Source of the DNA: Lingula anatina
Taxonomy: Eukaryota; Animalia; Brachiopoda
Assembly: GCA_051362555.1 (NCBI GenBank)
Contig: CM120642.1
Coordinates: 24,428,001-24,492,000, forward strand
Direction of reading: 5' to 3'
DNA: 64,000 nucleotides
Under the pieces are notes generated by a model. It saw only the letters and a list, made by a program, of their open reading frames with translations, was not told the origin of the DNA and searched no databases. Position 1 is the first letter of the stretch, and each line of letters opens with the position of its first letter. Shown here piece after piece: positions 40,849-52,600 of the stretch. The position numbers were made by a program, and so were the translations under genes.

Positions 40849-42913
40849 AAGAGAAAAACTTCTGGAACGGACACTACTTTCACATGGCTTCTTGTTTTAA
40901 GCGTAACAAGAGTAATACCAAATATGCAATTCCCTGTAGATGAATTAAAGTAGCAGAACAAGCCTCAAATCATATAAGTCTTGTGTTTTTATTAGATACT
41001 GCAAGATTTGTGACATAAAGCTACGACTTTTGAATTACCACACAAATTACTTAAAACATAGGCAAACAAAACAAAAGCTGAAGGTAAAACAACACAAAAT
41101 CTCATTCACTGGTGTATTTAGTAACATAAAGGTTCGAATGGGTGTGGGAGGAGCGAGCACTATATGCCTTTTTTAATGTGGTGCAACGTGGGCCACTTTG
41201 CATTACTATTGACAATGTACCTTTTATACATCAGGTTTCAGTGTGATGCACTTGTCTTTTTTCCTATTTACTTATAGAGCCGCCATGTGTGTGGTTTCAA
41301 AGTGCTGTACAATACTGTACCGTACTATGCTATAAAGTACACTTACATGTACATACCTTACTAATTCTATACAATACTGACCCATATACTGCAATGGCTC
41401 ACTCTTTTCAATGGGAAGAACTGTCAATTCTAAAGATCTTGTAATTTTTCATAACCTATTGCGATTAAAACTTTTCCATTGAGTTGTAGTAGAAAAAGAG
41501 AAAACCAAGCTACTCTGTAGTTCTATTCTATACCTTAAAAACACCACAAATGCTATCTTCAAATAAAACTTGAATGATTCCAAAATTATGGATCCGAAAG
41601 ACTGACAATTTCACAAATGAAAACGTCGAGCCATTGCCCTTATAACAAATTTAGTGCTCTATATCACTGCATACAACGTCTTAGACAGGACTAATAAATT
41701 ACGTAATTTATAAATAACATTAAACTGAATCTTTTTAACGAGAAAAAACAGATGCTTTGTGCAGTAATTTCCCCCATAGTATTTTTTTTCTTTTTGTTTT
41801 TGTTTTTTTGTTTTTTTTTTTTTTTTTTGAAGAGAGACCTTGGAGGCATTGTCATTTGCCTTGCACCGTTTATTAGTTCAGACAGCCTCGCTAATGTAGC
41901 TCACATCTTGTACTGTTAAATAAATTCGTCTTTAACAAAATATAAAAAGAATAGCGAAATAAGATTTTTTAAATACAGACAGGCGTTGCAACACGAATCA
42001 CACCAATAAGTAAATAAAGTGGAATTGGACAGACAGTGGAATATGGATAAGATAAGCAAGTACAAGTGAATAAGGTTGAAAGTCCTATTGCCACCAGTGA
42101 AAGGGAACACTTAGGTTTAACAGGACGGAACTTGTTAATATCACCAATAAGTTGATACAGATCATATACATTTCCATTGCCTATTTACATTGATATAATA
42201 TTGTGATAATTTGACTATCATCTATCTGTCATTTGTGTCAAATTTACCAGAGCATTACAAAAAGAATGTTTTTTATTAATATTTGTTTTTGTCACATTTA
42301 CAGTGCGTATTTTATTAAACGGTTCACATTACTATTTTTACCACAAGTTGATGCTTTAATTGTTAGTTAGAAAAAATATGTACCGCCAGCAAGTATCACA
42401 TTTCAAGGATATTCATTTTTTGTTTTTGCTCTATGAAGGTCGAACGCTCATTGTCTGTCTTTAAACGAGTTTGTGGGAAAAGGAAATTCCATGATTGATG
42501 AGAAAGAACAATAATATTAATTTTGGTGTCTGGCATTGCCTAAGGGTAGGCCAAGGCTTGGGTTATGTTATATAAGCAGCGACTACGTCAGTAGAATTGG
42601 CATTTGAAGAGGTACAGGTAAGGCACTGTAAGAACAGCTCGCGGGGGAGTTTCATTCATTATTATGAGCAAGTGAATAAGATAAGTCATGCAATGGCTCG
42701 TTTTAATGATTCAATTAGAAGCGGTTTAAGTAGCATTGCTTTCACTACAGAAAAAAATTTTTGCTTTGAAGGTTATTATCTAGGATGTTTTGAGATTGAA
42801 AACAGAATGTATACTTTAAGACTTAAAGAGCAAAAGATTGCCTCAAATTCTTTCTGCATTTTTAATATTTATATCCTTTCAGGTGACAATTCTGTTATCA
42901 CAGCTAATATTCA

Positions 42914-43431
42914 ATGGAGACCACAATGATGCTCTTCGCCGCGTTGTGTCTTTCTATTGTTGTTCAAATACAAGGTATGTGCATCTCAGGTTTATTTTTT
43001 TCTGTTATTTGATTGAAAAAAAAACAACAAAATTCATCCTCAGTGGCGGTGATAATGTTTTTACTTACTTACTGACTGCAAAACAAGAAACGCATAATAC
43101 AAAAAAAATACCTTTTTTCTTGAAAATGCATATAACTGATTGTGTAAGTTAAAGAAAAAGGACTAAAATTTGTTCCTTTGCGTTATGACTGTGTGTTACG
43201 AAGCTGAAAATGTGAAAAAAAGACGATTTTGTTTCGAAAACCAATTCAGAACACCAAAATGTTTGTTTATTTATTTATTTATTGCACAGGTCACAGTTGG
43301 TCCAGATGGTACGATCGCGACGACCCCTCGATTACCGGCGACTGGGAAACTGTCGCTGATCTGCGGGTACGTGGTGTCTGCCTTTTCTGTTCTTTCTTTC
43401 TTTCTTATCGACCGGCGAATGCAGGATCTAG

Positions 43432-43478
<47 letters not shown>

Positions 43479-46213
43479 GGGGGTATAGATGGGGGTTATA
43501 AAGAGCTGAGGGATACAGCAAATAAGAAATAGATGAGCACAATCACATTGTCATATATAGATGTACAAATGAATGGGAGCGGACTCTCTACATGGGGGAC
43601 TCTCTGTCACATTATACCGGTATCAAAGAAAAGAAAGAGCAGTGTTCCTACCTATGTGTCTATCAATTTCAGAAGACTCACTACATTTGTGGTGGCTGCA
43701 AGCCGATTGGGGCCGAGTGTCGTGTTAAAGGCTCCTCTACTGTCTTCACGCGCTGGAGGGGTTCTGCACCCGATAAGCTCGCTGCCAACTGCCTCCCAAC
43801 TAAGGGTCTGATATGCAGGAACGGCGAACAAGACCCTACAAGCTATTGCAAAGACTACGAGATACGGTTTCTCTGTCCTTCTACAAGTAAGAAAGAGTTT
43901 AAACAACCCATCCATACATTTTAATACAAAACTGTACAAAGTGCTTTAGACATTTCTACTACCCTTACGACTTCTGGGGCCCGGTTTTTAGAAGGCTTGT
44001 CGTTATCATCATTATTTTAATTTTATCATCATTATTTACGTTTTACATTTGTAGAGGTGGAAACTGGACCATATTTGGACAGAGATGACCCAAGTGCGAC
44101 TGGGGACTGGGAAAGCGTGTCTAGTTTTCGGGTAATCAAAAATTTAGTTTTTTATTTTAATCTACGCATTGGTATTGTGAAAAAATGAGTTTTCAAATCA
44201 TACACAATTGCGACCTGTGACTTTTCTGAATATGTAAATACTGTAAAATATTTTGTACGTTTATTTTGTAAAAAAGATCAGAAAAGATTTAATGCATAGA
44301 AAGCAGTCCTGTTAAAACCTTAACATTGAAAAACCGAAAAGTTTGTTCACAGCAATTTGTTTATTAGATCCAGACAAATTATCATTATTCAGACATTTCC
44401 GGAAATAAGCACTGACAATGATTACAGCTATGGTTTAGCAGATGAGCCTATGTTTTTAAAAAACTCCTTATTTGCTTGTGAAGAAATCTGGCAAAGAGAG
44501 AAAGTATAAGGCCAATACGGGTGTTTCAAATCTGTGAGAAATAACCGTACATGTAGGACCTATTTTCTTTGCAGACAACTGATAATAACAACATTTGCCG
44601 TGGTGTGCGACCCCTATGTACGCTCTGCCGTGACAAGAGCAACAAGACGCCATATTACAGCACTGGGGACAAGTTCAATGCGGGTGTTTCAAATCTGTGA
44701 GAAATAACCGTACATGTAGGACCTATTTTCTTTGCAGACAACTGATAATAACAACATTTGCCGTGGTGTACGACCCCTATGTACGCTCTGCCGTGACAAG
44801 AGCAACAAGACGCCATATTACAGCACTGGGGACAAGTTCAATGCCGGGCTGGCGTGTGGCTGGGACACTGGACTCGTGTGTTCCACTGACGTGAACGGCA
44901 AATACTGCAGAGATTACGAAGTGCAGTTTCGCTGCCCTGTCATCGGTAGGTAAACTTTTATCCCAAAAGACAGTTCTGATGTGTGTCAGTTTCTTCATGT
45001 ATAATCAAATATATTAATAAATATTATCATTACTTTATACAATATGAAAATATTTAGCTGGTCCACCTCGTCTCTGAACCACAGGCTTGTAAGCATTGCG
45101 GCGGAGCACTGTAACACTTTCAAATTTCGAATGGAATTGAACTCTCTCTCCCCGCGTGTATACAATATGTATGCGTGTGTGTGTGTATGTGTGTGCACGT
45201 GCACATTTATATATAATAGACACCGAATAGATATCCCGTGGGGAAGTATGCAAGTGGGTCGGCCATAATTGGCCCTCGGACTAGTTAGTCCCTATTCTGA
45301 ATAGGGCCAAACTCAACAAGGTAACAGAGTGCGCCTGATAACCTAAGAACTTGGTGGGAGCACAACGGATATGTAAGTGACTCTGGCGCTTTTCATAGCA
45401 TTTTAACTCACCGACTGACTACTCTTTCGAATTTTAAACGCAGACACATATACGTATATCTTTTCTCCCCATTTTTTTCAAGTTACAGCGTTACTCGTTA
45501 CTGTTAATGGCTATAATGGACCTATAATTGACTTCTAGGAACTTGCCCGACATGCGCACGCTGGACGAACTGGCTGAACAGAGACAGTCCGAGTGTTACT
45601 GGAGATTGGGAGCACGTCGGACCAACAGGACACAACCCGGTATCGCTATTTTCCCGCATTTAGTTAACTAATAGCTGTTCCCATGCCTTATTATGACATA
45701 CCCTGTACATTTTAAAACAACAGTGCGATTTTTATGTAGACTATTATCGATCTGCCATTTGTGTCCAATTAACTGTAACACTACACAAAGCATGATTTTT
45801 TAAAATTAATATAATATTTTTTCCTCAGTTTATAGTGCACTTTCAGTGAACAAAAAATCTTAAACTTATGAAACAAAAGCGCAATGCATTTAAAATGATT
45901 TTGATATCTATACGAATACAAGATAACAAAGCTAACTCTAAGCAATAGCCTTGCTTTTCTTAAATTTTTCTTTTCTTTTTTCTCTTTTCTTTTCTTTTTT
46001 AAAATTTAATTTCTATCGTCCTTGTTTCAGTGCAACAGCCACGAACCTATTGACATCCAGTGTCGTGAAAGATCCACTGAGCGGCCATGAGACCAAACCG
46101 GGCAGGTTTTGAAAAATAAATGCACTCCTTCTGAGGGTCTCGTTTGCGTCAATGCGGATCAGGCCTTCGGGCAGGCTTGCAAGGACTACGAGGTTCGTTT
46201 CCTGTGCCCATAG
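42914..46213 (+). pseudogene. Triple CysD/WxxW gene copy E, disabled or truncated
   Basis: Exons 42914-42974, 43290-43366, 43673-43886, 44055-44131, 44738-44945, 45539-45639, 46031-46213. TGG>TGA at 46088-46090 in the last exon; 163-bp tandem duplication over an exon acceptor; 6-bp in-frame deletion (GN) after the CxxC linker. Confidence 0.85.
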
Positions 46214-47860
46214 AAGAATTAAAGTTCTGGAACGAACACTACTTGCACATGGCTTCTTGTTTTTATCGTTACAAGAATAATACCAAAAATGCAATAACCT
46301 GTAGATGAATTAAAGAAGCAGAACAAGCCTAAAATCATATAAGTTTTGTGTTTTTATTAGATACAGCAAGACTGGTGACATGAAAGTATGGTAAAGATGA
46401 AGCTACAGCTTTTGAATTACCAAACAGATTACTTAAAAACATATGCAAACAAAACAGAAGCTGAAAGTAAAACAACGCAAAATCTCTTTCTCTGGTTTGT
46501 TTAGTAACATAAAGGGTCGAATGGGTGAGGGGGGAGCGAGCACACTGTGCCTTTTTTATATAGTACAACGTGGACCATTTCTCATTATTATTTACAATTT
46601 CCTTTTTTAGTTTTACATCAGGCTTCAGTATGATGCACTTGTCTTTTCACCTCTTTACTTATAGAGCCGCCACATACACGTATCAGTGATTTCAAAGTGC
46701 TGTGCAATACTATACCGTACATGTACAGTATTGCACAGCACTTTGTACATGAATCTTGCTATACCGTATACCTTACTAATTCTACACCGCACAACAATAC
46801 GGAACCATATACGGCAATGACTCAATCTTTTCAATGGGGAAAACTGTAAATTCTAAAGATATTGTAGTTTGTTCCATTAACTATTGCTATTAAAAGTTCC
46901 ATTGAGTCGTAGTAGCAAAAGTGAAAACCAAGCTACTCTGCAGTTCTATTCTTTACCGTAAAAGCACCACAAACACTATCTTAAAATAGAATTTTAATGA
47001 TTCCAAAATTATGTCATTGAAAACGTCGACTCATTGCCCTAATCGCAAACTTAAGGGTATGTGTCACTGCATACAACGTCTATGACAAGACTCATAAATT
47101 ATGTACTTTAAAAATAACATTAAACTGAATCGAGAAAATATTGATGCTCTAGTTTTGAAAAGAGACCTTGGGGCAATTGTATTTGCCTTGCACCGTTTAT
47201 TAGGTCAGTCAGCCTCATTAATGTAGCTCACATTTAGCGCTGTTAAATAAATTCGTCTATAATAAAATATAAAAAGAATTTGAATAAAATATTAACGGAT
47301 AAAATCCATCTAGAGGGAAATATTGTCTGTACACTCGCAGTTTTTTTTAACCAAACACAAGAAAGCATTCAACATACTTCTTTTTTCTGCAAATTGCCTT
47401 AAATTGTCTGTGCCCAAGGTATAAATCAGCTGAGGCTTCCCTGTCAGAAAAATCGCACCTGTTTTTTTCGAATATAGAATAAATAATTGTATTCCACTGA
47501 TGACATCTATTGACATTAATGTACAGTAGCTATAAGCCTCATATTGATTCATACGTGTCCTCCGGTTCCAAATCCCTGTCAGCCCCATTCTCCAACCTGG
47601 AAGAAAAAACACTACGATGTGAAAATAAGAATACCACATACTTCTTGTGTCGTGGCCGCAAAGCACCCTAGGTTTCAAATTGGTCAGTTTGAAACTACAG
47701 GTACCTTTATACTTCTGGTGAGTTTCCCGTGACATCTAAAAGGCAGGGGATCGCAGTACTTAATTTTTTCCATACTCTTTGGAGGTCCCTGATATCAGAG
47801 GGTAAATTTAGGCGTGGGTGTGGCGGATGCATGGAGTTGTACTCCCCCCCCCCCCGTATA

Positions 47861-48115
47861 AGGGAGACCGGGGCTAGTTGGATCCCGTGGTAAGTTGCCC
47901 CCCCACCCCCACCCCCCAATCAAGTCTCTTTAATTAATTTACATTTTAAAGATGCTAAATTATTTCATTTGGACTCACTGCCGACGCTTTCTTAGCACTA
48001 TTGGATACGGTCACTTTACAAAATGATGTGATCAATTCTTTTACCCCATAGTTACTTTGTCATAAATTGATGGGGGGCCAACTTACCCCGGGGTCCAACT
48101 AGACCCAATCTCCCC
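47861..48115. mobile_element. TA-flanked MITE (probably Tc1/mariner-pogo related)
   Basis: ~40-bp imperfect TIRs with TA on both sides. Confidence 0.72.
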
Positions 48116-48517
48116 TACCCTCTACCAAGGCCACACATTGACTTTTCACAGGATATTCACAGATACATGTATGTCTTTAGATAAATATACGGTCATTTTA
48201 CTATCTCTGATTTTCTCATTTTTCCCTATAGAATCTGCCACCCTGGTAGAGGGTACGCACCCCCTTCCTTAGGTCATCGGAGGGTATTGTAAAGATCACA
48301 AGTAATATTATGAGCACATGCACCGGAACAGTTCCCTCCGATACTTGTAAGCACATAATCCGTATCAGTTTGATCTGATATGATAATTATCAAACACAAG
48401 CCGAAACACTTTCATACCGTTAGCTTACGGCCAACCTGGGCGTAGGCCCTCATCAGACTGATGATCCAACTACCAAGCTAATGAACGTTTTATATCAGTT
48501 TGGCCTTGTTTACTTAC

Positions 48518-49611
48518 TGGGAATTCCTCAGCAACTCACTCCTCCTCAGGTCGTTAATGTCGTCATAGTCTGGGTTTGGGTCGTCCGGGTCTTCACCAAG
48601 AGGAGCTGCAATATTTAGATTAAAAGAGTGACTCAAATAGATAAATAAATTATTAAAAGAATAAACAAATAAACAGACAGAATACGATGAAAGACGAAGA
48701 AAAGGCCAAAATTACAAAATGGTTGTTCTCATTTCTGAATCAGTTATGAATAATGTGTAATAAAATAAAATGAAACACAAGATAAAAATTGGATATGGCT
48801 ATTTTTGAATTGATTTGACAATATTGTTCTAAGTAGGTGAATTCTTTTTTATTTAAACAAATTTAGCGTTTTTGTTGGCATGCATGTTATTAAAGCTTGT
48901 TTTCTATACCTGAAATATTATAAATAGAGGAAAATGAAAGAAAAAGAAGAAGTGAGAGGGGGCCTGTTCAATCCACGCATAATAAAATCAAACGTCAATT
49001 TAAATCCAACCAAGCATTCAAATCTATTGAAAGGAGGAGCTTGGTATAATCAGGGAATTATATCGGATATAATTCCCTGGTATAATGTATGGTTGGTGTT
49101 GGTCTATTTTTGAAAATGATTGGCATCACCATGGTAATTTGTTTCCACGTGACATTTTCTGCCAGTAATTATCCTTGCCTGCTTTTTTTTTTTTTTTTTT
49201 TTTTTTGGGGGGGGGGGAGAGGGGTTAGTGAATGAAGATTAATGAACAGATATCTAAGTATATACCTCCTATAGGCTGATAGAAGTCCTCCTCCTCATCA
49301 TCATCTTGTTCTAGCTCCTCTTCCTCGGTGAATTCCGGGCTACAGAAGTATAACAAATAATATATATATATATTCTGCATGCAAGACAGAAAGACATCGT
49401 TTTGTTGTTGTTTAAAATATTATATTGGTCTCCAGTCAGACACTGGTAGATGAGCAATAAGCCAAACGAGACCCGTAGATACACTTTTCACTCTTCTTCC
49501 TCCCCGAAAAACAGTTAAATTTGCGAAACGAATCGAAACCAAGCAACTTCTCATGCCTGTGGCAGTCTTATAAGAGTAAAATTGCCAAATAGTTCTACCA
49601 TTTCATATTCA

Positions 49612-49649
<38 letters not shown>

Positions 49650-52600
49650 TGGAGAGAGAGATAGAGAAAGAGAGAGAAAGAGAGAGAGAGAGTGACATTA
49701 GTGAAAGAGTTACATTAAAGAGGTGATTTCCGACCGCCTTCCCGGTATAGAAGCACGCGGACGTGATGGCAGGTTTCTAACTGCAGCTAGTGCTCCTTCC
49801 AAGTCATCGTAGTCGTCCTCAGATATTGGCCGTGTTTTGTCATTTCCTGCTGTCGCTAGGTTGAATTTAGAATAAACATATGAAAAAACGGAGTAAGCAC
49901 TGCTTTCAAATGCAAGTTAGTCGAACAGAATGTGCGTAGAAAGAAGAGAAATATCTTTGCTATGTCGCCTTTTCATATACCAAGTCTAGATTAATAAGTC
50001 AACATGATAGTAATTGTTTATTATTGAAATTTATCTACCGAAAAACTTATTTGGGAGTGAGCTGAAAAAATACACGTCTTTCAAAAGAAAATCAACAAAT
50101 AACCCGCTGCACTTTTCTTTCTTAAGCTATTTTTCGCTTTTTCTTTAACTTCTTAAAATTTCTACTTACTGGTCGCTGCTCTCGTCTGTACCCCAAATGT
50201 CGAAAATAATGGATGCTCTAACAGCTGTAAAGCAAGCTCATCATACTTAGGAAGTTTGTACGCCTTTGGTAGTGGCGGTCGATTAGGAGGGTCGTCGTCT
50301 TCTAGTGGCGGGATTTTCAACTCAACAAACTTTTCTGTTCTATCGTCACTTGCATTGTTTTCATTTTTAGAACCGTTTGAAGTATCGATTTTTTCTGCCA
50401 CTACTTTCACTTCGCTGTGGGTGTTTTCGGCGTCATATCTAGCTGCACTATTTCGTTTATTTTGCACGTGTTTTAAACTCTGCTGTCGGCCCTTGATCTC
50501 GAGTGGGTTAAACTTAGGCGGAATTAACCCATTCGTTGATGTAGGGGATTTGATGAACCGTTTCGGGCTTGTAAGGCTTGTATCATCACCATTTTGCGTG
50601 GTTTTGTTTGGCGCCGCAAATGCTAACGATGCAGGGGGTGACCTGGCTGACGGAGAATTCTTGGAACTATAGTCCTGATGAGGAGTAGTTCTGACTGGTG
50701 TTGGTGGCTTAGGTTTTGGCTTCGATGTTTCTTCTGTGACGCTTTGTTTCGGTCCAGGTGCTGCAGCACCATAGGGTTTCGGTGTCAACCTTGGTTTGGC
50801 CGCTGGTTTCGGTTTTGTTGCCTGGTTCGCATTTTCCTGTTTTGCCGCCTCGAACTTGGCTAAAAGGGATTTTATGTTCGCGGGGCCTTCTGTGTCTGCA
50901 GCCTAAAAGAGTATTTAACATACTGAATTATTAAAAGATTCAAAGGGATATTGGCACAATCTGTCCCTATTTGTTGCTTTTCCGAGGTTACGGACAATGG
51001 TGGCTTTACAGTGAATCTGATCTTTTTGAATGAAAAATTGAACGATGAGAAAAGTAGCGATTAACCAAGGAATTATATCGTAGACGTCTACGATATATTT
51101 CCATGGTGCAGCCCAGAAACGGTTGCTTTCAATTTTAGTAGAGGTATGTAAGCTCTATGATTTGCCTTTCGTAACCATCCAAAGCGGGCTTTCATTAGCT
51201 ACTTCGCTTTCAAGTTTTCATATACAATGCGTCTCTTTTCTTAAGTTGCGTGTTGTTACTCAATCAATGGATAAGGCTCTTCTGTATAAACAACCACCTG
51301 TGAATTCCTGTTTATAATGGTTTTGTTATATACATATGGTTCTTATGGAAAAGCAAGGCGTTATTTCTATATATCTACTCCCATGTGCGTGTGTTTGCAA
51401 TCATATATTTATGGTTGCCTTTTGTTTTTGTTTTTTTAAAGAAAAAATGCACAATATTCAATGATTCCTCTTGTTTGTTTTGTTGATATTTCCCTTAGAT
51501 GCCCACTGTCACCTTCACCTGATGAAGCATTCAATGCAAGGTATACGTGCGCGTTTTCCATCAAGGTTTAACTTATCGCTCTTCCTACACAAAACTCATT
51601 TATCATTCAGCGCACTGATAACCATAATAAACCTCAAATTTCTATATCTTTCTGCTATTTATTACGCTGATGCATGGAACATTACATCATACTATATGAT
51701 ACTAATCAAAAACAAGACTAATGATATATGATAATGAAAATCAAGTAAGGCCTTAATTATTAGCTGTTGATTAAAGAAAATTACTTAATTCTTAATTATG
51801 TCGGTAGTCAATAATCAAACTACTGAGTCCTGGTAGGAATTACCTTAAAGACAGTCTCAGCGCGTTAAACCCTTAAAATAGCACGAAAATGAATTTTCCT
51901 GAAAATCTCACCAATTTCCCTATAATGACCAAGGTATATCCTATCCAAAACCGTTCAGAAAATGAAGCTACCTAATACCGTTTTTAAGTTCCATTAAATA
52001 ATAAAAGACGACTCGTCTTAAATACTCAGCTACCACCTCACAGTACGGCTTCAGAACGCGCAATTTCTCGCTAAGTCTCGCGGTTTACTATGAATGAAGT
52101 ACTACGGCTGAGACCCGGATGTTACTATTTGGCGCCAAAACAGCAAACATGGAGACGCGCGTCAAGTCTGAAGAGGAGAGCGACAAAAGGGGACGAAAGA
52201 AAATAGCCACTCCAGTTCGAAAGATACGAAAGAAAATTAGAGACAGACGAAGAAGCACTCAGACTGTGTATGTTGGGAGGGAGGTGGGGCGGTGGAGGAC
52301 ACTTAAAGCTGAGTTAGGAGGCAATGGCGAAACTACTCCTCGACAAGTGAGTATGCGCTTCACAGGTCTCAAGTGTGTCTCATTATCATATTATCCTGTT
52401 CACAATAAATGACAATATTTGTGCTCATACAAAGTTGGTTACGTGTATAAGAGCGTTTTGGGCTTTACGTTTTCTGTTTTTGATCGGTACATGTACCGAA
52501 AAGGTGGACAGGCGGCATTTACATGTCTGACAAGTTTCGCTCTGTAGTCGTGACGTCTGTCTCATTCTGACTGAAGCCTGCTGTGATTGGTCGTAAGCGT

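Noticed and set aside
46088-46090. TGA as selenocysteine
   Set aside because: It aligns to Trp (TGG), not Cys, in four paralogues; no SECIS identified.
50256-50672. 138-aa plus-strand ORF
   Set aside because: Antisense shadow of the large FYB-like exon.
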